From Azolla caroliniana (taxonomy: Eukaryota > Plantae > Polypodiophyta): a DNA stretch of 64,000 bases. The notes below the pieces were generated by a model, which did not search any database, was not told the origin of the DNA, and saw only the letters and a program-made list of their open reading frames with translations. A program made the translations under genes and the position numbers. Below are positions 21,671 through 33,369 of this stretch, one piece after another. Positions within the stretch are counted from its first letter, which is position 1; each line of letters opens with the position of its first letter. The stretch is taken from assembly GCA_043228905.1 (NCBI GenBank), contig JBHGNT010000012.1:8060001-8124000 (forward strand), in the 5' to 3' direction.

Positions 21671-24154
21671 GGGGGGAGGTGGTAGCCGCGGAAGACAACA
21701 TGGCTGATGACATCACCATTCGACAGCCAACCTCGCGTCCCTCGGTAACATCCCCAGGACCTAGCCCACGCCCCAACACACAGCAGGCTGCACCACCACG
21801 ACCCCAAAAAAGGAAGTAGGCAGAGGAAACGACACTACCGGCCCCGGAACCCCAAAGACAGCCAAGCAAGAGAAGACGACTCAACTGCGAGTCTTCGGAA
21901 GAACAGACAGAGCCACAACAGGAGCAAGCCTTAGTGGTCAGACAGAGCAACCTGGCCATCACCCCTGAGGAGGCATCGCTGAACCAGGGAACGATCGAGC
22001 ATGGGCAGACAACGCAGATCTCGAAGGATGAAGTCCTTGGGTATAAGGACCTCCCCGCGGAGGCTTACGAATTTAGTGCGCTCCTACGCCTCGGTACGTC
22101 ATTCGAGCTAGTCGACTTCCTCGCCAGAGCCCAAGTTGCGGCAGCCGCTCGAATGGCGGAGGAGCACGCCGAAACAAAAATGATTCAACGCGCGCTAATA
22201 GGTGAAATTGAGCCCCAGGAGGACATGGCTTTAGAAAACATCGGGAGGAAGAAGCAGGCAAAACAGGCCGCTCTCCTCATGGAGGTCCCCGAGTTGAACA
22301 CGGCCCTTATCGAGGCATATCGGGACCTGGATCGCACTACGCGGGTAGCCAAAGACATGGCCCGAAAGATAAAAATAGCCCAAAGACAGGCTAAGATGGC
22401 TACAGAACTATGGCACGCTGCGAACCAGAAGCTGGCAGCCTGGGAGCAAAACCGGCCGGAACAACAAATCTTGAGCCTTCCGGTAACGACCACCGAGGCC
22501 CTCCAAGCGCTTCCACGCATAACAATGATGGATGAAAGCACCATCACCGACTCAATCCTCAAGGTGCAGGCCAGTACACAAACGGACTCGTTACAAATGG
22601 TCGATGCCTGCACAACAACCGAGGCGGCCACACCCATGGAGAAGACTGAGATACCACCACCTCGTGCACCCAAGGAGGTGGAAACCCAGACAGAACCCCC
22701 GCTCCGGGATTACCGTGTGGAGCTTAAAGAAGAACAACGGCGAACCGAGAGACACGAACAACGGCATCAAGAGGCGATGGCTCGCCTAAAAGAAGAAGCT
22801 TCCAAGCCGATGGCCGAGATAAGAGCCCAGGCCGACCAAAGGATACACGAGCAGAACGAAGCACTGGGCCGGGTACACACGCAAGCCGCGGGCAAGGAAG
22901 CCGAACTCAAAAGCAAGCTGGAGGAATACGCGGCCACAATGGTGAAGAAAGAGAAGGACGTTCTAGACCTACAGGCCGCGCTCGACAATGCAAAAGACTG
23001 GAACCAGCGACAGGAGGAAAGAAATCGCCAACGGGAGGAGAGGATGAACGCGGACAATGCCGAGCTGCAGAGTCAGCGTACGACCCTTAAAGAGATGGCT
23101 GACAAGTTTTTCATCAAATGCAAGCTACTTTCGGAGCAAAAAGACGCATTATCGGATTCCTACTTCGCCTTACAAGAAGAGAGAATCGTCGAACGGGAAC
23201 AAATCCGGGCCACATGTCAAAAAGAACGGGAGCAGGCCACCGAAGAACTCACCAAGCATTACGAGCAAGCTCTCCAGCTCATAACCGCGGATGCAAAGAA
23301 CACTCAGGCCATCTATGAGCTAAGAACACAGAAGATTTAGGCCGAGGTCGACGGCTTAAAACCGGAATTAGCAGCCATCAGAGCACAGCCCGGCATGGAT
23401 AAGACACGCATCAGAATACTGATCGAGAAACAGCGCAAACACCTTACCAAAAAGGTCGAGGAAACATTAAGTCGCGCAGTAGACGAATGGGCAGCCGAAG
23501 CTGCCGAATTGCATATTTTATGCGTCGACGCCGAGAACTGACGGAAGGAGGGCCGCGGCTTCTACAAAATGGATGAAGCTAGCATAAAAAACCTGCACGC
23601 AGATTTAATCAAGGATTACCAGTCCTTGGCAAAATCTCACACCGCGGCAATCGAGCAAATAAAGGAGGACTTCAATGACGGTCAGATGTTGTTTCGCTTG
23701 GAAGCAAAAGCCTTCGAACGAGAACGACTCGCAACCATACTCACCAGCCCTCCAACGGCCACAAAGCAGAAAGAAGAACCTCCCAGCAAGGAGATCACGG
23801 ACACGGCACAGGAGGAACTTGTCCTAGCCAACAGACATCCCATGGACGCCCACACGGTACCAGATCCTGTCGAAGTAGAGGTCAGCATCCACGAACCCAC
23901 ACCCCCACCAGAAGAATCGGCCGCACCTGAGGCGGATGTCCGAGAAGATATGACACCCCCGGACCAAACTCAACCCCCCGCACCGACAGTCCAACCAGAC
24001 CACCCTGCCACCACCCCGAACCCCGAAAGCATCTCGACATCATAAAGGAGGAATGAAACGAGGATCACGCCTAAAAGGCAATTTTTGTAATATTGTTAGT
24101 ATTTTTTAAGTCGTGGGTCCGACGGACAAGGTTCTGTCCCATGGGCGTGCCAGG
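21671..24154 (+). mobile_element. 3' internal part of Gypsy F copy 1 (F'), 5'-truncated
   Basis: Homologous to 31243-32913; followed by an LTR shared with the full F copy. Confidence 0.88.
21934..24045 (+). pseudogene. Extra ORF of F': long coiled-coil protein with a Pro-rich tail (in-frame stops at 23340 and ~23540)
   Basis: 468-aa and 158-aa ORFs in the same frame; E/Q/K/A-rich heptad-like composition. Confidence 0.7.
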
Positions 24155-24610
24155 TGTTGTCCAGAGGACAGAAATGTAAAATTAGGAAATTAGCAAACGC
24201 CGAGTCCGAGTATCACGGGCCACTGACGGCTCGGTTGTGTATTAGGGGAAAAGTTATTTAAACGAGCACCAATACCTCAGAGAGGGAGAGAAGAAAACTA
24301 TAGGCGAAAGCACTAGCTTAGTCCTTCGTAATTAGATAAACTCGTAAGGTCACCGGCCATAGGCTGTGTTCTGTAATATTTTCTGTTATAGTAATATATC
24401 TGATTTGTGCCTATATTTGCTGCATGAGTCTGTGCTTTGATTCATACCTATGAGTTTCACGCCGCCACGTCTATCAAGACCTCGCTAGTGTTTTCTCTCT
24501 GAGCCCTGTATCTCTCTCGACGCCTCTGTTATGAGCCTTCATGTACCACGCCCTTGAAGACCGATAGACGCAAATCTATCGAAGGTGTTAACCCAAAGGA
24601 ACGGGTAACA
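24155..24610 (+). repeat. Shared LTR (3' LTR of F', 5' LTR of F)
   Basis: Direct repeat of 32914-33369; preceded by F 3'-internal sequence and followed by the PBS. Confidence 0.85.
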
Positions 24611-24615
24611 CAATT

Positions 24616-24626
24616 TGGCACGCCCG
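24616..24626 (+). other. PBS of F (tRNA-Arg type)
   Basis: LTR-CAATT-TGGCACGCCCG. Confidence 0.8.
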
Positions 24627-24903
24627 GTTACAGCTGTGAGTGCACAACGAAGTTCGTTAAAGGTAACCACCAGCCGCCGTTACGACGCCCTCTCGCACCA
24701 CGAGGTCTCGGCCACCCGCCCGACGCCCTGAGCCAGTCGAAGGAACTTCCGACTCGGCGGTCACTGACCAATCCTTTCCCGATCAATCGGAGGCTTGTGC
24801 AGTGCAATCCTCGCCACCGGACACTCGATCGTGAGTTGATTCACCACCAGAACCCCCGTCGAGCCCTTCGGAGGTCAATCAACCGGAACTAAATCCTTTT
24901 CCG

Positions 24904-26052
24904 GTGCTACCAGAAGACCCACAGTACGACATCATGTCGTACCCATACCCAAGATATACAGACGGACCAGACGCGGAGTCACACGTCCGTGCCTTCATAT
25001 CCACGTGGCAGGCTAACCACTCCACGCACCGCCTTACGCCGGCCGAAATCGATGCCTCGAAGATTGCCGAGTTCACACTCTCCCTCGATGGACCGGCCGC
25101 ACGATGGTACTCTCGCCTCGAAATAGGAGAAGCCACCTCTTTCCAAATCGTGCGCACAAAGTTCCTTGAACATTTTCATCGCGAGGTGCCTAAACGGGAA
25201 CTCCTCCGGCAATTCTTCTCTATATGCCAGGAACCGCACGAAACGGTCGCGCAGTTCACGATCCGGTTCCAGGATCTCTACAGACAAGTGCCCGATGATA
25301 TCTCGGCACAACATATACCGGACACTTTCCTATCCAGTTTATGAGAGCCTCTACGAACGACTCTCGCACTTACAAATTTCACCAACGATACTATCGAACA
25401 AGTCATAGCACGCGTTCTCGCCCTCGATCGGAACTAGCACGGCACGGCCTTCTTGATGACATCCTTGCAAAACGCTCTTCCCCAAGAGGACAATCGCTTT
25501 CGCCTAGCTCTCCAATGCACTGCGTGTTCAGGATCAGGGCACCTTGCCCTCGAATGTCCCCACTGAACACAGTGTCCGATCTGTCAGTCTCGAGCTCACA
25601 CGGTCGAGCAATGCGAATATAATATGCTGAACCGCACAACGGCGGCACCGGTCCGCCAGATCGAGCCACGAAATACATACTCTCGGCAAGACGAGCGATA
25701 TATCTACCGAGACCAAGATAACGACCAACCGTGATCCCCGGATCGATGGCGCCGAGACGACGACTACCACCGTGATAACCACCGTGATTATTATCGCGAT
25801 GACTGGCACGACGATTATGCTCGATACGATGACGATTGCGATGATCGGTATGACCGAAGGAACTCACGCATTGATCGGCGAAACGACAACTGCAACACAC
25901 GCAACAATAGAAGAACTAATCACAACCGCTGACGAGACGCTCCTCAACATGACCAACGCAACTCCAACGCACCTCCGAACAACCCACCACCAAACGAGAC
26001 CGAGAATCAACAACAGCAGCTTCCACACACAGACCGAGCGGACACCAGCAGC
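24904..26052 (+). pseudogene. gag: Gypsy F gag, disrupted by stops
   Basis: Retrotransposon gag core (SLDGPAARWY..F...F..QEPHETVAQFTIRF), two CCHC knuckles at ~25515-25615, Arg/Asp-rich linker. Confidence 0.82.
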
Positions 26053-29000
26053 TTGGCCAACGTGACATGTTTTAAATGTAATCAACCAGGCCACTACGCT
26101 ACACAATGTCCGACAACCAACCGTGGCAAGGCACCCGCGGTGAACAGTATCATGGCCGATGTTCAAACGGTCACTACCCGGAGTAAAGCACAGACTACTC
26201 AGTGGCAAATCCAGGATGACGTACGACAGGCAGCAAAAGAATGGGTCGACACGGCCAATAAAAATAATGCCACACGCATGCAAACTGACATGAGGGACGG
26301 GCCCAGTGAAGTACCACAAACCCCGGCACCATCCACGTCGTCGGAGGATGACCAGCTATGGGATGTTCTTACCAACTCCCGCATCTCGCTGCCCCTACAT
26401 AAACTGCTACGACTCATGCCGAGATTTCGGGACACCCTGGCGGCACTCCAGGCCAATACTAAGGCCGTGACACCACCGGTACACCTCACCGAAGCAGGAA
26501 CCGGTCCACCACTCATGGATTCTCAGAACCCAGCCGTGCGAATCATCATTAAGGGACAAGACCTGCACGGATGCATCATCGACGGCGGATCCGGCGTAAG
26601 CGTTATTAGCGAGTCAACGTGTCTCAACCTAGGCTTGAATCAATCGGAACCATGCTCCTTTTGGCTTCGGATGGCCGACACCCGCTCCGTTCGCCCCATT
26701 GGTTTAATCCGCCATCTCGACTTCACACTCGGAGGCCACATGTTCACGATCTCGGCCGTCGTGCTACGACTGGAGACACAAGGCGCCTACCCAATGTTAC
26801 TAGGTCGACCATGGTTGCGTACAGCGAATATCAAGCAACATTGGCAACGCAACATGATCTCGTTCCGAAGAGGAAAGACAAAAGTCCGAATCATCACTGA
26901 AGAACGAGTCCCCGTCGCCCTCAACACTTCGCCGTTATACGCGGAAGGGGTCCATATGCTCGACGGGTTGGCCGATGAGGAGGTCGATGACTTCCTAGAT
27001 GATCATCCCACGATCATCCCTCTCTTCGAAATCAATGCCTTACCAACCATCGAGCCATCTAAAGACGAGGAAATCACGGAGGAGTCACCACCCCAGGATG
27101 AACCAGATGCAACCACAGTTGCCGAGCTACGTCATGCTCAGGAGGCTTTCGAACGCGAACTCACCATTTCACAACGAGTGAAAGCAACAACCCTGGAAAC
27201 AATAAACCTCGGTTCGGACGAGAATCCCCGTACGGTACAAATTGCCAATAATCTACCAACCGGCGAACGGGCATGCCTCGTAAAATTACTCACTGACTAC
27301 CAGGATGTTTTCGCTTGGTCTTACACCGATATGAAGGGTCTGGATCCTCCATACTACCAACATCAAATTCACATCTTACCCGACACTCGGCCGGTTCAGC
27401 AGAGGCGCTACCGGATGAACCCCAACTACGCCACTAAAGTCAAAGAGGAAATTGACAAACTAGTCCGAGTGGGCTTCATTCACCCTGTTAAACGGGCTAC
27501 ATGGTTGAGCCCAATCATAGTGGTCCCAAAGAAGAACGGAAAAATCCGTGTCTGCGTCGACTATCGGAAGCTTAACGCGGCAACAGTCACCGACGGTTTC
27601 CCTCTCCCATTCACTGATAGCGTCCTCGACACGGTAGCCGGCCACGAATGCTACAGTTTCCTCGACGGGTTCAGCGGCTATAACCAGATAAGAATGCACC
27701 CGGAGGATCAGGAGAAAACCGCTTCTGTCACGGAATGGGGTGTTTTTGTAGCAGAAGTTATGATGTTCGGTCTAAAAACGGCGCCGGCTACGTTCCAGCG
27801 CATCATCACCGAAATCTTTCATGACTACATCCCGGCGTTCATGCAAGTCTTTCTCGACAATTTCGCCGTGTATGGCCATCGACAGGAACACATGACCTAG
27901 TTACAACTCTGCCTGGACCGATGTCGCCAAGCTCGATTGAGTTTAAACCCAGCGAAATGCACGTTCTTAGTCACTAGCGGCAACCTTCTCGGCCACATTG
28001 TCAGTCAAGAAGGCATCGCTATGGACCCGGATAAAGTAAAGGCAATCCTGAATGCCACCGCACCCTCGAACGCTAAGGCACTAAGCCGTTTTTTGGGACA
28101 GATCCGGTGGCACAGCCGAATGATACGACACCTGGCCGATTTCGCAACACCCTTACACACGGCAGTCCATCGTCTTCCTTTCCAATGGACGTCAGTAGAG
28201 GACACGGCCTATCAGACCCTGAAACGAATGCTGTCACATGCCCCGGTGGTCCAGTCTCCGGTTTGGTCCGAACCATTTCATGTCTTCGTAGATGCTTCGG
28301 ACATCGCCATCGGAAGTGCCCTGATGCAATGCACACCCCCAAATTGGTATAGGCCCGTGTACTGCGCCAGCCGACGGCTCTCGACCGTGGAAAAGAATTA
28401 CTCCACCACCGAGCGGGAGGCCCTCGGTATGATTTATAGCATCAATAAATTTCGGCATTACCTCTTGGGCCGAAAATTTACCTTTCACGTGGATCACTCG
28501 GCCCTTCTTTATTTGGTCAATAAACAAGCCCTCACCGGACGGTTGGCTCGGTGGAGGCTCCTACTACAAGAGTTTGATTTTCAGATTCAGCATCGAACCG
28601 GGGTACAAGATGTCGTCGCCGACTACTTGAGCCGTCTTGAGTCAGGAGAACCGGCGAAAACAACGTACAACGAGCTACCAGACGCCAGCCTATTTAACTT
28701 GACCACAGTACCAAACGATAACGGAGATGAATGGATCACGGAGATGACCGTTTTTCTCACTACCGGTGTACCTCCCGAGCACATGACCCTTGACACGAGA
28801 AAACGCCTAGCAGTGCGTAGCCGGAATTTTTGCCTCGTCTCGGACACTCTCTACCACAAAGGCTCGGACGGCATATGGCGCCGAGCGATTCGACAATTCG
28901 AGAAGAACGTCATTCTTCAGGAAGCCCACCAGGGAGTAGCTGGGGGACACTACGCTGAGGATTCCACGGCAAGGAAAGTTTGGCAAAGTGGATTATGGTG

Positions 29001-30020
29001 GTCGACAACGAAGAAAGACGCTCACAAGTTTGGGGCAACCAATGGAACAGTCATGGATGCCACACCAGCCGATTCTTCCGTTGGACCCATTTCAAAAATG
29101 GGGTTTGGATTTTGTAGGCCCTTTCAAACCACCCGCGGCCCGAACAGGGAATAGGTATATTATCGTTGCCACGGATTACTGCACCAAATGGGTCGAGGCT
29201 AAGGCACTCCGAGATAACACAACGGCATCCACGGCTAAATTTGTGTACGAGCACCTCTGGTGCCGTTACGGATGTCCAATCGAGCTCGTTAGTGACCAAG
29301 GTGGGCACTTCATCAATCATATAATACGTGAGCTTACACACCACTACGCGGTGGTGCACAAGAAAAGCACACCATACTACCCGCAGGCGAACGGCTTGGC
29401 CGAATCGACCAATAAAACCCTCCAAACCATACTGAAGAAGATCGTCAATGAAAACAGGAACGATTGGGATGAGAAACTCCAGAGCGCGTTGTGGGCGTAT
29501 CGTACGACTTTCAAAACAAGCATCCAATCGACCCCCTTTCGAATGGCGTTCAGGTTAGAAGCCGTAATGCCCGTTGAGTTCCAAGTCCCGAGCCTCCAAG
29601 TTCAAGTCAAAGCACGGCTCCCCGAGGCCGAATCCGAGCAATACTGGCTGGAACAACTCCTCGCACTGGGGGAAGATAGGATAGAGAGTATGGCCCAGCT
29701 CGAACAACGCCAACGACAACGCAAGGCTTTTGTGGATCGACATCGACATGGGCTGGAGAAGGAGCTCACCATCGGCAAACCAGTTCTTCTTTTCTAAACA
29801 CGACTCGGGTCAATGCCGGGAAAATTAAGATTTCGGTGGACCGGTCCATTCTGGATTATCGACGAGTTCAACGGGACGTTCTAGCTCGGCACACTCGCCG
29901 GCGACACGGTCAAAAGCTGGGCCAATGGTTTTCGACTTCAACCATATCGAGGGACTACACCACCCAACCCGTTTACCGAGCCACACGGCACAAACAAGAC
30001 TCGGGTGTCCCCCTGAATAA
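26053..30020 (+). pseudogene. pol: Gypsy F pol (knuckle, protease, RT, RNase H, integrase), disrupted
   Basis: CFKCNQPGHYATQC; IIDGGSG; VCVDYRKLN, FLDGFSGYNQI, MFGLK, VFLDN; VDASDIAIG, YSTTERE; WGLDFVGP, SDQG, YYPQANG; RWTGPF. Confidence 0.95.
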
Positions 30021-30533
30021 GGACTCACCCACCTTCTTGAAATTAATAAAAGTAGTAGTAGGTAGGATTAACCATAGTTTAGCCACTGATTAGCTACACC
30101 TACACCACCCACCTAGGGACCCACAATTTTAGGAGCACCCCTCGCCACCACTCAGTTAGTACCTATTTAAGCACATGCAAAGCACTAGAAGCACCCCACT
30201 CACCTTCAGGACACGTGGTGCTAGTCACTTATTATGGCACCCACGACTCAGAATCTTCAGGATTCGCTTCAAGCACAAAACCCTAGGAGTAAGTTACTAA
30301 AACCGTTTCCAAAACGCAGCACAGACCATTATCGCTCCCCATTTCCATCGCTCTCAAGCTCAGAAACCCCGTCTCGCCCTGATCACGCTAAGCGCTCTTG
30401 CTCTCAAGCCCTCTTTCGCTCTCATAACCTCTCTGCTGGACTTCCTCTTCCTGCTGTTCCTCCTGTGGCTCGCCCTCGCCTCATCACTTTGCTTCATGCC
30501 TCCACACAGTCGAACCCCATCTCGATCTCCACC

Positions 30534-32815
30534 ATGCCTCTTACTGCCTCAACAGAAACCCGCGCCTGGCTCCAGGAACGAGGAATGGGCGGTTACCTGA
30601 AGATCATCGATGCCCCCGCGCACCTAGATACCCAAATTGTGGCTAAACGTATAAGTCCCGAAGCCATCACCAATAACGTGCTTCGGGCTGTTTTGGACCT
30701 GCAACAGGGAGGGGACCATGAGGTCGACATACCCCCGACATCAAACATGAAGGCGTACTTCTGTTAGTACTCAGCCTCAGGGAAGGCATATCGCACGTAT
30801 GGCGGTCCCAACAAAGCTTTCGGGGAGATTGCTCGTATATTAATGGAGTATGCGTTCGTGCATACGAACCCAACAAGCATGCCGCAGAACAAGGCAGCCA
30901 TCATCATCAGCGCGTATGAAGGAAACAGAATCGATTGGGGAATCATCACACGTGAGGGACTCCGCGCCGCCTTAGCTTCATTTCAGTCCGGTAAGAAGAT
31001 GTTGTCTGTTCTTACCCACTTTTTGATGGTTCTATACCCACCCTGTTCGCTTCCTTCCCCTCGCACACTCACGTCCCCACCACCACCACGAAGGCAGAGA
31101 GAGAAATTCGTGGCCATCAGCAACGAAGCATGGGAGGAGCCCACATCACCTTCACCCCCTGCCGCCGACCAAAAAACTGCATCTGCACCACCACCCGCCC
31201 AACCCCAACAAAAAAGGGTAGTTTCCGAGACCTGCCAAGAATGGGGGCAGGAGGTAGCCGCGGAAGACAACATGGCCGATGACGTCACCATTCGACAGCC
31301 AACGTCGCGTCCCTCGGTAACATCCCCAGGACCTAGCCCACGCCCCAACACACAACAGGCGGCACCACCACGACCCCAAAAAAGGAAGCAGGCGGAGGAA
31401 ACGACACTACCGGCCCCGGAACCCTAAACACAGCCAAGCAAGAGAAGACGACTCAACCGCGAGTCCTCAGAAGAACAGACAGAGCCACAACAGGAGCAAG
31501 CCTTATTGGTCAGACAGAGCAACCTGGCCATCACCCCTGAGGAGGCATCGCTGAACCAGGGAACGATCGAGCATGGGCAGACAACGCAGATCTCAGAGGA
31601 TGAAGTCCTCGGGTATAAGGACCTCCCCGCGGAGGCTTACGAATTTAGTGCGCTCCTACGCCTCGGTACGTCATTCGAGCTGGTCGACTTCCTCGCCAGA
31701 GCCCAAGTCGCGGCAACCGCTCGAATGGCGGAGGAGCACGCCAAAACAAAAATGATTCAACGCGCGCTAATAGGTGAAATTGAGCCCCAGGAGGACAGGG
31801 CTTTACAAAAAATCGGGAGGAAGAAGCAGGCAAAACAGGCCGCTCTCCTCATGGAGGTCCCCGAGTTGAACACGGCCCTTATCGAGGCATATCGGGACCT
31901 GGATTGCACTACGCGGGCAGCCAAAGACATGGCCCAAAAGATAAAAATAGCCCAAAAACAGGCTAAGATGGCTACAGAACTATGGCACGCTGCAAACCAG
32001 AAGCTGGCAGCCTGGGAGTAAAACCGGCTGGAACAACAAATCTTGAGCCTTCCGGTAACGACCACCGAGGCCCTCCCAGCGCCTCCACGCATAAAAATGA
32101 TGGATGAAAGCACCATCACCGACTCAATCCTCAAGGTGCAGGCCAGTACACAAACGAACTCGTTACAAATGGTCGATGCCTGCACAACAACCGAGGCGGC
32201 CACACCCATGGAGAAGACCGAGATACCACCACCTCGTGCACCCAAGGAGGTGGCAACCCAGACAGAACCCCTGCTTCGGGATTACCATGCGGAGCTTAAA
32301 GAAGAAGAACGGCGAACCGAGAGACACGAACAACAGCATCAAGAGGCGATGGCTCGCCTAAAAGAAGAAGCTTCCAAGCAGATGGCCGAGATAAGAGCCC
32401 AGGCCGACCAAAGCAAATAACGGAGAACTTCAATGACGGTCAGATGTTGTTTCACCTGGAAGCAGAAGCCTTCGAACAAGAACGACTCGCAGCCATCCCC
32501 ACCAGCCCTCCAATGGCCACAAAGCAGAAAGAGGAACCTCCCAGCAAGGAGATCACGGACACGGCACAGAAGGAACTTGCCCCGGCCAACAGACATCCCA
32601 TGGACGCCCACACGGTACCAGATCCTGTCGAAGTAGAGGTCAGCACCCACGAACCCACACCCCCACCAGAAGAATCGGCCGCACCTGAGGCGGATGTCCG
32701 AGAAGATATGCCACCCCCGGACCAAACTCAACCCCCCGCACCGACAGTCCAACTAAACCACCTTGCCACCACCCAAGACCCCGAAAGCATCCTCGACATC
32801 TTAAAGGAGGAATGA
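30534..32815 (+). pseudogene. Extra sense ORF downstream of pol in F (unknown N-terminal domain, Pro-rich region, coiled coil), disrupted
   Basis: ORF pieces 30534-30767, 30843-31427, 31506-32021, 32043-32420 and 32444-32815; paralogous to 21671-24045 but lacking 814 bp. Confidence 0.7.
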
Positions 32816-32913
32816 AACGAGGATCACGCCTAAAAGGCAATTTTTGTAATATTGTTAGTATTTTGTAAGTCGTGGGTCCGATGGACAAGGTCCTGTCCCA
32901 CGGGCGTGCCAGG

Positions 32914-33369
32914 TGTTGTCCTGAGGACAAAAATGTAAAGTTAGGAAATTAGGAAATGCCGAGTCCGAGTATCATGGGCCACCGACGGCTCGGCTGTGTA
33001 TTAGGGGAAAAGTTATTTAAACGAGGACTAGTACCTCAGAGAGGGAGAGAAGAAAACTATAGGCGGAAGCACTAGCTTAGTCCTTCGTAATTAGATAAAC
33101 TTGTAAGGTCACCGGCCATAGGCTGTGTTCTGTAATCTTTTCTATCATAGTAATATATCTTATTTGTGCGTATATTTGCTGCATGAGTCTGTGCTTTGAT
33201 CCATACCTATGAGTTTCACGCCGCCACGTCTATCAAGACCTCGCTAGTGTTTTCTCTCTGAGCCCTGTATCTCTCTCGACGCGTCTGTTACGAGCCTTCA
33301 CGTACCACGCCCTTGAAGACCGATAGATGCAGATCTATCGAAGGTGTTCACCCAAAGGAATGGGTAACA
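32914..33369 (+). repeat. 3' LTR of Gypsy F
   Basis: TGTTGTCC...GGGTAACA; E-family sequence resumes at 33370. Confidence 0.88.

Larger units (their letters stand above)
24155..33369 (+). mobile_element. Ty3/Gypsy element F (Athila/Tat-like non-chromovirus) with an extra 3' ORF
   Basis: 456-bp LTRs 24155-24610 and 32914-33369 ending GGGTAACA; PBS TGGCACGCCC; gag-PR-RT-RH-IN in one ancestral frame; LTR start inferred by analogy with element C. Confidence 0.9.

Noticed and set aside
21934-23340. Host SMC/myosin-like gene
   Set aside because: It lies inside the retroelement between pol and the LTR in both copies, with no introns and no ATPase or motor motifs.
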